DNA of 64,000 nucleotides from a virus (IMGVR_UViG_3300042453_002018:18199-82198), one strand, 5' to 3'; shown: positions 48,887 through 59,989, numbered from the stretch's first letter. Notes: generated by a model not told the origin, from the letters alone. Numbers and translations: made by a program.

Positions 48887-49960
48887 ATGAGTAAATCAAT
48901 TGACATTAAAGCAATCTTATCAAACAACAAAGAACCTAAGTTTTCAGGTGAGTTGTCACAAACGCAACTAACTCAAGCGTTGAGTTGGTATGCTCAAAAC
49001 CGCGATAATAAAGATGCAACAAAATATGCGGTAGAATACTTTAAAAAGAAACTCAAAATCCAAGCTCCAGACGCATTAAAATCCCAAGTCAGTACATTTG
49101 GGTTCATCTGCCGAATTGTAAGCTTAGGCGGCATTCTGAACGATTCTAACGCTAAATGGTTCAATGAAACAATCGACAAACTCAAGCAATCAACAAGTGT
49201 TGTCAAACAGACAACCACGACCTCTAGTGTCGTATCAATTCAAGATCACATTAAAAGAAAAGCAAGTGAGTGTATCGGGGAACTGGAAGGTCAGATTGAT
49301 GACTTGATAATATCGGAATTTAAAGCAAATGTTTCACCTTATGCAACGATGACTGGAATGGATGTCAAAAATGCACATACTAAGTTCATAATTGAACATT
49401 TCAAAACACGCCGAGTTGAGTACGATAATGTTTTGACAACGGATGATTCTGATATCAAAGAAGCATATTCCAACTTTACAAAATCACAACTTAAAAAATT
49501 GATATCATACTGTGATCAAGTTATTGTTGACGGAATGAAACTTGCTGGTGAAGCAATTAAAACGCGCAAGCCACGCAAACGCAAAACGAAGTCGGCAGAT
49601 CAATTGATTGCCAAATTGAACTACGCAAAAGACTTTGCTGATTTGAAAATTACCTCAGTTGATCCAAAAACGATTATCGGCGCAACATCATTGTGGGTGT
49701 ACAATATCAAAACACGCAAACTTGGTGTATATCATGCACTTGATGCATCGGGATTGAATATCAAAGGTTCTACGATACAAAACTATGCCGAAAGTAAATC
49801 GGTAAGTAAAACATTACGAAAACCTGAGGTAACGGTGCATGAGGTATTGAAAGCAGGTAAAGTTGCATTACGAAATGTATTGAACGACATTCGTGCCGCA
49901 GAAAAACCGTTGACAGGTCGAATCAATACTGATACAATACTATTGAGAGTTTCTAAATGA
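48887..49960 (+). CDS. conserved T4-like hypothetical protein
   Basis: LWVYNIKTRKLGVY...SKTLRKP...GRIN; behind promoter at 48823. Confidence 0.65.
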   Translation: MSKSIDIKAILSNNKEPKFSGELSQTQLTQALSWYAQNRDNKDATKYAVEYFKKKLKIQAPDALKSQVSTFGFICRIVSLGGILNDSNAKWFNETIDKLKQSTSVVKQTTTTSSVVSIQDHIKRKASECIGELEGQIDDLIISEFKANVSPYATMTGMDVKNAHTKFIIEHFKTRRVEYDNVLTTDDSDIKEAYSNFTKSQLKKLISYCDQVIVDGMKLAGEAIKTRKPRKRKTKSADQLIAKLNYAKDFADLKITSVDPKTIIGATSLWVYNIKTRKLGVYHALDASGLNIKGSTIQNYAESKSVSKTLRKPEVTVHEVLKAGKVALRNVLNDIRAAEKPLTGRINTDTILLRVSK

Positions 49961-50054
49961 CGATACGCGGTTACTACTATCGCAAGTTTAAATTTCACTT
50001 ACGAGTTGCATTCTTGTTTCTATTCAAGGGTGCAATTCTAGGACAACATGTAAA

Positions 50055-50903
50055 ATGATAATCTTTGATTACAATCAAGTAGCCATCTCTACGCTGATGG
50101 AACAGATCGGTTCATCTAAAAAATCTGTTGAAGAAGCATTGGTACGACATATGATATTGAATGTCATTCGCACCTATGTTAAAAAGTTCAAAGCATCACA
50201 TGGACCAGAAGTTGTCATTGCATGTGACAATCGTAATTACTGGCGCCGTGAGTTGTTTCCACAATACAAAGCTGGTCGTAAAAAGACACGCGATGCATCT
50301 GGGCATGACTGGAATTCTATCTTTGAGTGTTTACACAAAATCAAAGAAGAATTGAAAGAACATTCACCATATAAGGTCATTGATGTTGATACCGCTGAGG
50401 CTGATGATATCATTGCCACATTGACCATTCGATATTCTGCACATCAGAAGGTAATGATATTGTCTTCCGATAAAGACTTTGCACAATTGCAGAAATTTGA
50501 CAATGTTGAACAGTATTCACCTATACTCAAGAAGTTCATCAAAGAACCTTTGCCAGCGGTGCAGTTGAAGCAGATGATTATTCGTGGTGATAAGGGTGAT
50601 GGCATACCCAACATTCTGTCTGCTGATGATAGCATTGTGAATGGTGTGCGCCAGCGACCTATTACTGAAGCTAAGATAATCAATTGGCTCAATCAAGCAC
50701 CAGAAGAATTTTGTGAGGGTGAAATGCTGCGTAATTACAAACGCAACGAAATGATGATTGACTTGACAAAAATACCTGAACAATTGCAGAAAAATATCAT
50801 AGATACATATGAGAGTGCGACTGGTCACACCAAACAGCACTTTATGAATTATATGATTGCAAACAAACTAAAAAATCTTTTGGAAGTTATTGATGAGTTC
50901 TGA
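50055..50903 (+). CDS. rnh: T4-like RNase H (5'-3' exonuclease)
   Basis: YWRR..FP.YKA.R, EADD, SSDKDF.QL, GDKGDGIPN. Confidence 0.93.
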   Translation: MIIFDYNQVAISTLMEQIGSSKKSVEEALVRHMILNVIRTYVKKFKASHGPEVVIACDNRNYWRRELFPQYKAGRKKTRDASGHDWNSIFECLHKIKEELKEHSPYKVIDVDTAEADDIIATLTIRYSAHQKVMILSSDKDFAQLQKFDNVEQYSPILKKFIKEPLPAVQLKQMIIRGDKGDGIPNILSADDSIVNGVRQRPITEAKIINWLNQAPEEFCEGEMLRNYKRNEMMIDLTKIPEQLQKNIIDTYESATGHTKQHFMNYMIANKLKNLLEVIDEF

Positions 50904-52065
50904 TTCCGTAATACTTATTGCACCACCTTTCATTACTGCTGGTGTAAACAATTGGGTTATCTTTCCACCGAATCCAATTGAATCTGATATGGTATATCAC
51001 CTACGAACATCTTTTCAACAATATCACAAAATACCTCTTTTTGAACCCAAATGGAGTCTTGCGGATTTTGTTGTGACGGCTTATTTTCACAAAGATGTTG
51101 CATCATGTATTGCACCATATGATCCTAAGCAGCAAGAAAAATTTGAACTCAGAGAATTAACTCCACTCGATGTTGATTTCGATTCTATTGATGAATGCTT
51201 TGATCAAGCAAGTAAGATATCCGAAACTATTAATTTTCTATTTTTGTGGAACATTGAACCATATCTTTCTCCTAACATGATTCATATCTTCAACAAGATT
51301 AAATCATATAGAAAAAAAGGAAAAGAAGTTAGAGTCATTTCAATTATACCAGATGCTTGGCCAAGAGGTGGAGATTTGTTTAATCTAATTTCTTCACACA
51401 TTGTGGTGTCTGATAAAACAGTGGTCTTATATGAAGAGATGATTCCGTACCTGCTTGCAAATAAGAGAAAAGATTTAGCGGATGAACTAAGCTATTTTCC
51501 TTGCTCATCAATGGCACTAAACAAAACGACGATGGAAGATAAAACTACCGACTTTTGTTTCATAGGTCCTATTGGACTAGGTCGTGAGCATAGAGGCGTT
51601 GCTTTAGAACTGATGCAAACTAGTCTACCCGATAAAAGTTTCTTCGTTTATACCGAAGGCAAAACTACAAAGCCAGATAATTATCTTAGCGCAACTAAAG
51701 ATTATTTGGATAAAGTTGCAGAATCGCGTTTTTCAATTTTGACTGCAACTATGCCAGCAAGTTTTTTGAATGATGCTGAAAAAAGTTATAAACAATGGAA
51801 GAGTGTGCTTCCCGCAAGATTCGCTGAAAGTATTATCAATATGACTGTACCAGTTTACGTTCAGTTTTCAAAAAATGATAGATTGCCAAAAGTTATCGAT
51901 GACTATGAGGCATGCGTTTACATTCAAGCAAATGATAGTCCAGATACTATAAGACAAAAAATCGAGTCTGTATCATTTGAAAAAATGAAAGACAACATGA
52001 TGAATTTATATAATGATCATATATCACCTAATGTGTTAATACCCAAACTTTTAGAGAGAACATAA
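50890..52065 (+). CDS. hypothetical protein, possibly glycosyltransferase-like
   Basis: DFCFIG...R and RF.E motifs; next to sugar genes. Confidence 0.4.
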   Translation: MMSSDSVILIAPPFITAGVNNWVIFPPNPIESDMVYHLRTSFQQYHKIPLFEPKWSLADFVVTAYFHKDVASCIAPYDPKQQEKFELRELTPLDVDFDSIDECFDQASKISETINFLFLWNIEPYLSPNMIHIFNKIKSYRKKGKEVRVISIIPDAWPRGGDLFNLISSHIVVSDKTVVLYEEMIPYLLANKRKDLADELSYFPCSSMALNKTTMEDKTTDFCFIGPIGLGREHRGVALELMQTSLPDKSFFVYTEGKTTKPDNYLSATKDYLDKVAESRFSILTATMPASFLNDAEKSYKQWKSVLPARFAESIINMTVPVYVQFSKNDRLPKVIDDYEACVYIQANDSPDTIRQKIESVSFEKMKDNMMNLYNDHISPNVLIPKLLERT

Positions 52066-52496
52066 TGAGTTCCGAAAAACTGTATTCTGAAATATTTGAT
52101 GAGTTTGAAAACGCATCAACTAAACAAGAACGAATTAATCTTTTACGCCGTGAAGGCGATGAACGATTTCGTTTCTTTCTTCAACTAGCGTTTAATCCAG
52201 CAATTGAGTTTGATATTGCATTGCCAGATAGATACCGTCCAGCAAAAGAACCTGCTGGCTTAAACTATGCATATCTTGACACACAAATGCCCAAGATGTA
52301 TAGATTTATTAAAAATCATCCAATGCGACCACCAGGATTTACCACAGAAAAAACCACGCAACAAATTTTAGTTATGGTAGAATCACTTCATCGTGATGAA
52401 GCTGCTATCATTCTTGATGTTTTTCAAAAAAAGTTCAAGGTAAAAAATCTTACCGCTAATCTAGTCAAAGAAGCATTTCCTGATTTAGTCATATGA
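52065..52496 (+). CDS. conserved T4-like hypothetical protein
   Basis: ESLHRDEA...LVKEAFP. Confidence 0.6.
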   Translation: MSSEKLYSEIFDEFENASTKQERINLLRREGDERFRFFLQLAFNPAIEFDIALPDRYRPAKEPAGLNYAYLDTQMPKMYRFIKNHPMRPPGFTTEKTTQQILVMVESLHRDEAAIILDVFQKKFKVKNLTANLVKEAFPDLVI

Positions 52497-52933
52497 AAAT
52501 AGTCGTTGTCTCTGGTGGATTTGATCCCATTCATTCTGGACACCTTGCATTGCTGCGTGAAGCATCGGGCATGGGTGATAAACTTATCGTTGGCGTAAAC
52601 TCTGATGCTTGGCTCACACGCAAGAAAGGTAAGCCATTCATGAACATTCACGAACGCAAAGCAGTATTGGAATCAATTCGTTGGGTTGATGAAGTATGGG
52701 AGTTTGACGATTCTGATGGCACCGCGTGTGATTTACTTGAACGTGTGAGAGATCACTATTGTAATGTTTTACCTACACTTTCAAATTATTCAATCTGGTT
52801 TGCAAATGGTGGTGATCGTAATGAAACAAATAATGCAGAAGCAAGTGTACCAAATATTAACTTTGTATATGGTGTGGGTGGCAGCAACAAGAAAAATTCT
52901 TCATCTTGGTTATTAAGGAATTGGAATGAGTAA
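52493..52933 (+). CDS. cytidylyltransferase/adenylyltransferase (HldE/TagD-like)
   Basis: SGGFDPIHSGH, VGVNSD, ANGGDR, SSS. Confidence 0.85.
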   Translation: MKIVVVSGGFDPIHSGHLALLREASGMGDKLIVGVNSDAWLTRKKGKPFMNIHERKAVLESIRWVDEVWEFDDSDGTACDLLERVRDHYCNVLPTLSNYSIWFANGGDRNETNNAEASVPNINFVYGVGGSNKKNSSSWLLRNWNE

Positions 52934-53016
52934 GGGATCGAAACCTAGACCTATTGAAATACCTCGTGAAAAATTTAATGATAACTGGGACAAAATCTTT
53001 AAGAAAAAGGTGAAAG

Positions 53017-53772
53017 ATGAAAGTAGCAGTCGTAACTCCGACAATCGGAGCAAAAACTTTAAGTAAATGTCTTCAATCTGTTGATGAGCAAACATACGAA
53101 AATTTGACACATTACATTGTTCTTGATGGAGAGGACGAGCATGGCGACAAAATCTGGAATCAACTTCAAGGCGCAACAAGAACCAAAACAATCCGTTTGC
53201 AAGAAAACATTGGTAAAGGTTGGTACGGGCATCGTATATACGCTGCATGTGGCTTCTTGGTTAACGCTGATGCTATATGTTATCTTGATGAGGATAATTG
53301 GTTTGAGCCTAATCATGTTGAGAAACTTGTGGAAAAACTTAAAAAAGGTGTTGACTGGTCATACTCACTAAGAAAGATTTTTGACAAACAAGGTAATTTT
53401 ATTTGTGAAGATAACTGTGAGTCGTTAGGTCAATGGCCAATTTACTTCAATAAAGATGCGTTTCACATTGATACATCGTCATTCATGGTTAAAGCTGACA
53501 TTGCACGAAGATTAGGTCAAGCTTGGTATGGGCAATGGGGTGCAGATAGACAATTTTTCAATGCACTAAAACAATACTATCCTAATTTTTCCTGCTCAAG
53601 AGAATATTCGTTGTGTTATCGATTAGATGGTAATCCTAATTCAGTAAACGCCGAGTTCTTTGAAAAAGGTAATAAAGAAAATGAAAAGAACTATGTCGAT
53701 GGATTTCCATGGAAAAAAGAAATTAAAGAAGAGTATGTTGTTGGACCTGGTATAACTATAGTGAGTGGATAA
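53017..53772 (+). CDS. glycosyltransferase family 2
   Basis: VAVVTPT, SVDEQTY, LDED DxD motif. Confidence 0.8.
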   Translation: MKVAVVTPTIGAKTLSKCLQSVDEQTYENLTHYIVLDGEDEHGDKIWNQLQGATRTKTIRLQENIGKGWYGHRIYAACGFLVNADAICYLDEDNWFEPNHVEKLVEKLKKGVDWSYSLRKIFDKQGNFICEDNCESLGQWPIYFNKDAFHIDTSSFMVKADIARRLGQAWYGQWGADRQFFNALKQYYPNFSCSREYSLCYRLDGNPNSVNAEFFEKGNKENEKNYVDGFPWKKEIKEEYVVGPGITIVSG

Positions 53773-54263
53773 TGATAATCGAAGATACAAGCCTCAAAGG
53801 CGTTAAACTAATCAAACCTACCGTACACGAAGACTATCGTGGCACGAACATCGAAACGTGGCACAAAGAGAATTATGCACAGTTAGGAGTGAATTTTATT
53901 TTAGATAGTGTTTCAACTTCACGTAGACATACATTGCGTGGTATTCATGGTGATGACTGCACAACAAAACTTGTTTCATGTTTACACGGCACAATCTATC
54001 AAATTGTAATTAACCTTGATGAAGATTCGGATCAATATGGACAATGGCAAGAATTCACTTTATCTGATAGAAACGGATATCAAGTATTGTTACCACCAAA
54101 ACATGGCAATGCACACTTGGTAATGTCTGAACATTGTGTATTCAGTTATAAACTTGACCAATACTATGACCGCAAATCACAGTATACGGTAAAGTGGAAC
54201 GATGATCGATTTAATATTTACTGGCCAATTAAAAATCCTATTTTATCGGAACGAGATAGATGA
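53772..54263 (+). CDS. rmlC: dTDP-4-dehydrorhamnose 3,5-epimerase
   Basis: D.RG, LRGIH, KLVSC, WND...WP...LSERD. Confidence 0.88.
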   Translation: MIIEDTSLKGVKLIKPTVHEDYRGTNIETWHKENYAQLGVNFILDSVSTSRRHTLRGIHGDDCTTKLVSCLHGTIYQIVINLDEDSDQYGQWQEFTLSDRNGYQVLLPPKHGNAHLVMSEHCVFSYKLDQYYDRKSQYTVKWNDDRFNIYWPIKNPILSERDR

Positions 54264-55213
54264 GAACCGCATTAGTGACTGGTGGATCAGGGTATCTTGG
54301 TTCACATCTTGGCAAGGCACTAAAAAAAGTAGGTTACTATACAGTTTGTTTTGATATAAAAACTCCTCGAAACGATTTGTACTGGGACGTATATCATCCA
54401 GGTGACATACGTTCTTATCAAGATTTATCAAGAGTTTTTACGAACTGGAAGCCAGATGTTGTTTTTCATTTAGCTGGTCGTATTGAAGTTGGTGAGTCAG
54501 TTGAACATCCTGAAGAGTTTTGGGATGTCAATGTTGGTGGCACTTGCAATCTATTGAATACAATGAGAAGATTTGGTGTTACAAATATTGTTTATTCATC
54601 TACCGCTGGTGTTTATCGGTCGCAGTTTACCTCTCTTTCTGAGAAAGCTGAGATAGACAATAATAATCCGTATGCAAACAGCAAGTATGCTGCTGAGTGT
54701 GCGATTCGTGATGCGAAAGTTAATCATATTATTTTTCGCTTCTTTAATCTTGCTGGTGCTGATCCAGATGGAGAAATGGGTGAAGATCATGAACCAGAGA
54801 CACATTTGATTCCGCTAATGTTCAGGAGTCTAAATAATGAAAAGTTCGTGATAAACGGAAACGATTATCAAACAATAGACGGTACATGTATTCGTGATTA
54901 TGTGCATGTATCCGACGTTGCTGATGCACACATATTAGCAGACGAATATTTGCAAACTAGAGGTAACAATCAACCTACGCTATTCAATCTTGGAGTAGCA
55001 AGAGGATATACTATATTAGAAGTAATTGATGCTGCACAAAAAGAACTTAATGTTTCTATTCAATATACTGTTGGTCCAAGAAGAGAAGGCGATCCAAGAA
55101 GACTTGTCGCAAACTCAGATTCGGCTAGACACCATCTTAATTTCAAACCCAAACACAATTTACAATCTATTTTGAGAACCGCATATAATTGGTATGAACG
55201 ACAAAGACAATGA
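54260..55213 (+). CDS. galE: UDP-glucose 4-epimerase
   Basis: GGSGYLG, YxxxK, GEDHEPETHLIP, DGTCIRDYVHV. Confidence 0.9.
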   Translation: MRTALVTGGSGYLGSHLGKALKKVGYYTVCFDIKTPRNDLYWDVYHPGDIRSYQDLSRVFTNWKPDVVFHLAGRIEVGESVEHPEEFWDVNVGGTCNLLNTMRRFGVTNIVYSSTAGVYRSQFTSLSEKAEIDNNNPYANSKYAAECAIRDAKVNHIIFRFFNLAGADPDGEMGEDHEPETHLIPLMFRSLNNEKFVINGNDYQTIDGTCIRDYVHVSDVADAHILADEYLQTRGNNQPTLFNLGVARGYTILEVIDAAQKELNVSIQYTVGPRREGDPRRLVANSDSARHHLNFKPKHNLQSILRTAYNWYERQRQ

Positions 55214-55727
55214 AATATCTTTTGAATCGTATGCACATTTTTTGTCAGGTAATATTGATCCGACAATTATTGAAGCTGCGTCACGTTGGATATTATACGC
55301 AAAATTTAACAAGATTGAAAAGCCCTTAACATTGCACATTAACTCAGAAGGTGGAAACTTAGGTGATGCAATAGGACTTGCAGATTTAATGTTAGGTGTG
55401 GGTGTGCCTGTTCGCACACTTGCATATGGTAATTTAATGAGTGCTGCATTCGTAATATTTGCTGCTGGTGAAAAAGGTTATCGTGCAGTCGGTAAAAACA
55501 CGACAATTATGATTCACCAATTTAATGATGAAATGGGTGGCAAATATCATGATATGCGGGCTTATGCCAAAGAGTGTGATAGGTATCATCACAAAATGGC
55601 AAAGATTCTTTCTGATTGTTCTAAACTTTCAGTTAAAGATGTAAAGGCTAAGTTTCTGCGACCAACTGATGTTTGGTTGTCAGCAGAAGAACTGGTCGAG
55701 TATGGTATTGCAGATATTATCTTTTAG
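55194..55727 (+). CDS. clpP: ClpP-like protease subunit
   Basis: INSEGG, MSAA (Ser), MIHQ (His), D.WLSAEE..EYG.AD. Confidence 0.8.
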   Translation: MNDKDNEISFESYAHFLSGNIDPTIIEAASRWILYAKFNKIEKPLTLHINSEGGNLGDAIGLADLMLGVGVPVRTLAYGNLMSAAFVIFAAGEKGYRAVGKNTTIMIHQFNDEMGGKYHDMRAYAKECDRYHHKMAKILSDCSKLSVKDVKAKFLRPTDVWLSAEELVEYGIADIIF

Positions 55728-56101
55728 GAGTAATAAGTATGTTGTCTGGCGGTAAGAAATTTCAAAAACCCAAAAAAACTAAATTTCACAAAAACCGTGA
55801 GCAGTATGAAAATCAACAAGCGAAGAATCAAAAACATCATGATAAATCTTTGTATCGTTTACTGAAACAGGAAAAAGATTATGTCTTATAGAGAACAAAT
55901 TAAAAAACGCATAGCGGAACTGGAAGCAAAAATTGCCGAATCTAATTTGGATAAAATCCAGTTAGACAGTCTGCGTGTCGAACTTGCTAAATTGAATATG
56001 CAAGATTTTGAGGAAGATATGCGTGAAGAGAGTGGACAGCAGTTGCTAAAAGGTTAATACCGCTTGACAATTGGTGGATGTCGTAGTATACTGGTTGTAC
56101 T

Positions 56102-56458
56102 ATGAAAAATCTGCCATCTGTCGGCTCGACAATTGCCGTAAATTGTCAATATATTACTAAATCTATCACTCTTACTGGAGTGGTTGTCAATCCATATCGT
56201 TGGCTAAGTGCTGACGAATTTTGTTTACAAACAGGCAATTCTGAGTTTCCTGTGTCAGTTATTAATCTTGTAAATGTTGTTGATTTGAAAATACTTAAAG
56301 GTTCAACAACAAATATTCGTAAGTTTAAAGTTGCTGGTTCAAAAGGTGAATACATCGTAACATTATCAGGACAGCATTTTTCCTGTTCATGCATAGGTTT
56401 CAAATATCACAACAAATGTAAGCACATTACAAAAGTGAAACAAAACATTACCAACTAA
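56102..56458 (+). CDS. SWIM zinc-finger protein
   Basis: CSC.GF.Y..KCKH. Confidence 0.75.
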   Translation: MKNLPSVGSTIAVNCQYITKSITLTGVVVNPYRWLSADEFCLQTGNSEFPVSVINLVNVVDLKILKGSTTNIRKFKVAGSKGEYIVTLSGQHFSCSCIGFKYHNKCKHITKVKQNITN

Positions 56459-56500
56459 TGTCTTGACACTTTCCATAAATTTTGATATAATGGTAACATT

Positions 56501-56893
56501 ATGATGATACAAATCTACAGCAAGTCGAAGAAACGCAAGTTGACAAAAAAGCAATTGCAAGAGCAGCAAGATTTCATTGCTTCAATCAACAAAATACCGT
56601 TGCCATCTGGCGGTCGTTTCCCGGCTACAGCATCGAAACAAGTCAAAAGCAAGCCTATAGTGGCATATCGTGTGCCACGCGATATAAAACGCGCACCAAG
56701 CTTGCCAGACACTCATAAGGGTGCTTTGACAAAGACGGGTATCATGAAAGACTATCACAAACTCACCGCATCCGACCGTGAGATTGTGAATGATGTTGCA
56801 TCTTGTACGGCTCCCATACACAAGAGTAGTTATACTTACGTTACTCCTGGTATGAATCCTGCAAGTCTTGGTCGGAAAAACGAGGTATTGTGA
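56501..56893 (+). CDS. basic hypothetical protein
   Basis: behind promoter at 56463; APIHKSSY. Confidence 0.55.
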   Translation: MMIQIYSKSKKRKLTKKQLQEQQDFIASINKIPLPSGGRFPATASKQVKSKPIVAYRVPRDIKRAPSLPDTHKGALTKTGIMKDYHKLTASDREIVNDVASCTAPIHKSSYTYVTPGMNPASLGRKNEVL

Positions 56894-56959
56894 TGCTTGA
56901 CATTTCGGTCAAGCTTTGCTATACTATAATTTCTACTGTTGAAAATGGAGTTTTTTATT

Positions 56960-57349
56960 ATGGCAAATAAATCTGTGAAACCTGTTCGTTCAGAACGCCT
57001 TTTAATGATTCTGTGTAACGGTGGTAAAGTTACACTTAAAGAAATCGAAGATACGATGGACTATCACAACATGTATCGAATCAGTTGTGAAGTTTACTGC
57101 ATCAAGATTCACGGCGGTGTCGTTAAGACACACAAAAATGGTCGTAAAGTTGAAGGTTATGAACTTGTCAATGTACAAGAAATGATCGATAAGATGTTGA
57201 CACCTAAAGGTCTTTCTGTGACACCTATTGTCGGTCGCGACGGTGGTGTAAATACATTGGCTGATCTAAAAGCTAAACCTGCAAAATCTTCTAAATCTTC
57301 TAAATCTGTTGAGAAAGAAATTCTTGAAGTAGAAGAAATCACCGAATAA
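56960..57349 (+). CDS. hypothetical protein, possible winged-helix DNA binder
   Basis: behind promoter at 56897; GRKVEGYELVN. Confidence 0.5.
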   Translation: MANKSVKPVRSERLLMILCNGGKVTLKEIEDTMDYHNMYRISCEVYCIKIHGGVVKTHKNGRKVEGYELVNVQEMIDKMLTPKGLSVTPIVGRDGGVNTLADLKAKPAKSSKSSKSVEKEILEVEEITE

Positions 57350-57689
57350 TCAGTTTCGGGGTGGTAGCCGTCAGCGGGACATAGGCTTATCATTAAACAA
57401 CAATGAATGTCGGGATGACATCCACGTGCCCCTTCTTTTATGAGGTAAAAATGTCGAAACTTAAAGCATGGCTTGTTGACAAGTATTTAAAACTTGAAGA
57501 ACAAGCCATCGAAGCTATTGGTACTGCAAATTTTTATGGCAATTTATTCACACCGCGACAAAAATTTCATATCGCGGTTTTTTTCATGGGCCTACTAGCA
57601 CTCGGTGGTGCTTATGGCGCAGTTCAGTTTATAGCGTTTGTTTACATTATGAGTAAAATGACTCCAGATGATCCAGACAATAAACAAGA

Positions 57690-58232
57690 ATGAATATATT
57701 TTATCTCTCACATGATCCAAAACTTTGTGCTGAATACCATTGCGATAAGCATGTGGTAAAAATGATTATTGAGTACGCACAACTTTTGTCCACGGCACAT
57801 AGAATTTGTGACGGTCAAGAATATACCGATCTAACAGCAAATAATCGAAAGATCAAGCGTTGGCGTTTGTCTGATGAACGTGAACAGCGTTTAATGAAAG
57901 CATCACATATTAATCATCCATCAAATGTGTGGGCCCGAGCGAATCATTTGAACTACAAATGGTTGTATGAAATGTGGTGTCATTTACTTGATGAGTACAC
58001 ACATCGATATGGTAAAGTTCATGCGTGTGCGCGACTGAGAGATATTCTTGCACAGCCACCAGAAAAAATTTCTGTTGGTCTGCGTGAAACTGAACCAACG
58101 CCTGCAATGCCCGATGACTGCAAGATAGCCAATGATTCGCTTGCATCATATCATAAATATTACAATGAGAGAAAAACTCACTTTGCACGATGGACAAAAC
58201 GTCCTGTGCCTGAGTGGTATTTGACTATATAA
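57690..58232 (+). CDS. pyrimidine-dimer DNA glycosylase (DenV)-like protein
   Basis: MNIFYL...HCDKHVVKM..E.AQLLST...H.NHP. Confidence 0.7.
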   Translation: MNIFYLSHDPKLCAEYHCDKHVVKMIIEYAQLLSTAHRICDGQEYTDLTANNRKIKRWRLSDEREQRLMKASHINHPSNVWARANHLNYKWLYEMWCHLLDEYTHRYGKVHACARLRDILAQPPEKISVGLRETEPTPAMPDDCKIANDSLASYHKYYNERKTHFARWTKRPVPEWYLTI

Positions 58233-58237
58233 GATTG

Positions 58238-58540
58238 ATGCCTACATACGATTTTTATAATACACAAACTGGTGAAGAGTTTGAGCAATTCATGAGCATT
58301 GCAGCGCGTGAAGAATTTCTCAAAGCGAATCCACACATCCAACAAGTTCTTGGCGCCACTTCTACTGTAAGTGGTGTATCAATTACTGGTAAAATACCAG
58401 ACGGTTTTAAAGAAGTTCTAGCAAAAGTTTCCGAGAATCACAAACAATCTACTGTGGCTAATCGTCACGGTAAAAAATCAATTAGTGAATCACAAACACA
58501 AAGAATTGTTGATAAACATTTAGGAAAATTTGGGCAGTAA
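58238..58540 (+). CDS. FmdB-like small protein
   Basis: MPTYDF...GF.EVL.K. Confidence 0.6.
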   Translation: MPTYDFYNTQTGEEFEQFMSIAAREEFLKANPHIQQVLGATSTVSGVSITGKIPDGFKEVLAKVSENHKQSTVANRHGKKSISESQTQRIVDKHLGKFGQ

Positions 58541-58757
58541 CTACATTATGCGAACTTTGCACAAGGAGCGTATATGTCTAAAAAATCTTTGCAGAAAAAA
58601 GTAGCATTGTTAAACGATTACATTACCAAAGAAATCGAAAAAGAGATGATAACAGAAATTGATGAAATAGAAAAAAATACTACTGCAAAGATTGAAAAGA
58701 AGTATATTAGACAAAATTATCCATATCACAGTCGAAGTCATTACGTTACATAAAATT

Positions 58758-59321
58758 ATGAGTTATGTTAAAACATATGATAATGTTCTATCACAGGATT
58801 TGTGTGATAGAATAATCAAAAAATTTGAAGCGCATCCCGAACAACATGTAGTAACATATCTTGAGAATCATCGTTCGTTTACTGAGATTAATTTAAATCG
58901 AAATCCAGATGATTGGAACGAAGAACTTCAGATTTTGATTGGCACAATGCAGGCATATCTGAAACGATACAAACAAGATGTTGGTGTTGATGATCGTTCA
59001 TGGCCAAAACAAAATGGCTACGAAGAACTGAGAATGAAAAGATATTTGCCTAATTCGAAAGATTACTTCAAATTTCACGTTGACGTAAATGATTATTCAT
59101 CAGCACGAAGATTCTTAGTCTATTTTTGGTATTTAAATGATGTAGAAGAAGGCGGTGAAACTGGATTTCAATTGAATAGAAATACTCAACCAAAATTAAA
59201 GATTCAACCAAAAGCAGGAAAGTTGTTGATGTTTCCACCTTTATGGACACATCCACACGTTGCATATCCACCGATTAGCAGCGCAAAATATATTATCGGT
59301 GGTTATTTACACTATATCTAA
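58758..59321 (+). CDS. 2OG-Fe(II) oxygenase
   Basis: HVD...YLNDVEEGGET...FPP.WTHPH...KY. Confidence 0.88.
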   Translation: MSYVKTYDNVLSQDLCDRIIKKFEAHPEQHVVTYLENHRSFTEINLNRNPDDWNEELQILIGTMQAYLKRYKQDVGVDDRSWPKQNGYEELRMKRYLPNSKDYFKFHVDVNDYSSARRFLVYFWYLNDVEEGGETGFQLNRNTQPKLKIQPKAGKLLMFPPLWTHPHVAYPPISSAKYIIGGYLHYI

Positions 59322-59323
59322 CA

Positions 59324-59989
59324 ATGCGAATATTTGAACATGTAAGCTTACCGCAATTACAATTTGACTTAAAAGCAGAAACTACTGATAGTGGTAGACT
59401 GTATACTACACCAGAAGGTAATAGATACAAGTCTATCACTACTGTTCTTTCAAACTACGGCAAACAAGCTATTTACGAATGGCGTCAAGCTGTGGGTGAG
59501 GAACGTGCGAATGAAATCTCACGCAAAGCATCGAATCGTGGTACCAAAGTACATAAAATTTGTGAGGATTACATTAACAATGAAATACCAGAACTAAAGA
59601 TGCAAATGATGATGCCTGATCTGAAAGAACTGTTTTTCAAGATTAAGCCAATCATAGATGAGAATGTAGGTAAAGTTTATTCACAAGAGCAGGCATTATA
59701 TTCAGACAAGTTACGAATTGCTGGTCGAGTGGACTTGATTGCAGAATGGAATGGTAAGTTAGCCGTCATCGATTTTAAAACATCGACGAAGCAGAAATTG
59801 GAAGAGAATATTCAGAATTACTTTATGCAATGTACAGCATATGCTCTGATGTTTTCTGAACGAACTGGTATGTGGATTGACGATATTGTGGTGCTGATTG
59901 CGACTGAAGAAGGTCCAGCGCAAGTGTTTGAGCGTCAGATTCATGATTATAGACAGCCTCTAATTGAGATGATTGATAAATATGCTTGA
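59324..59989 (+). CDS. PD-(D/E)XK exonuclease (T4-like)
   Basis: SITTVL, RGT.VH, AGRVD, IDFKTS, Q..AY. Confidence 0.85.
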   Translation: MRIFEHVSLPQLQFDLKAETTDSGRLYTTPEGNRYKSITTVLSNYGKQAIYEWRQAVGEERANEISRKASNRGTKVHKICEDYINNEIPELKMQMMMPDLKELFFKIKPIIDENVGKVYSQEQALYSDKLRIAGRVDLIAEWNGKLAVIDFKTSTKQKLEENIQNYFMQCTAYALMFSERTGMWIDDIVVLIATEEGPAQVFERQIHDYRQPLIEMIDKYA

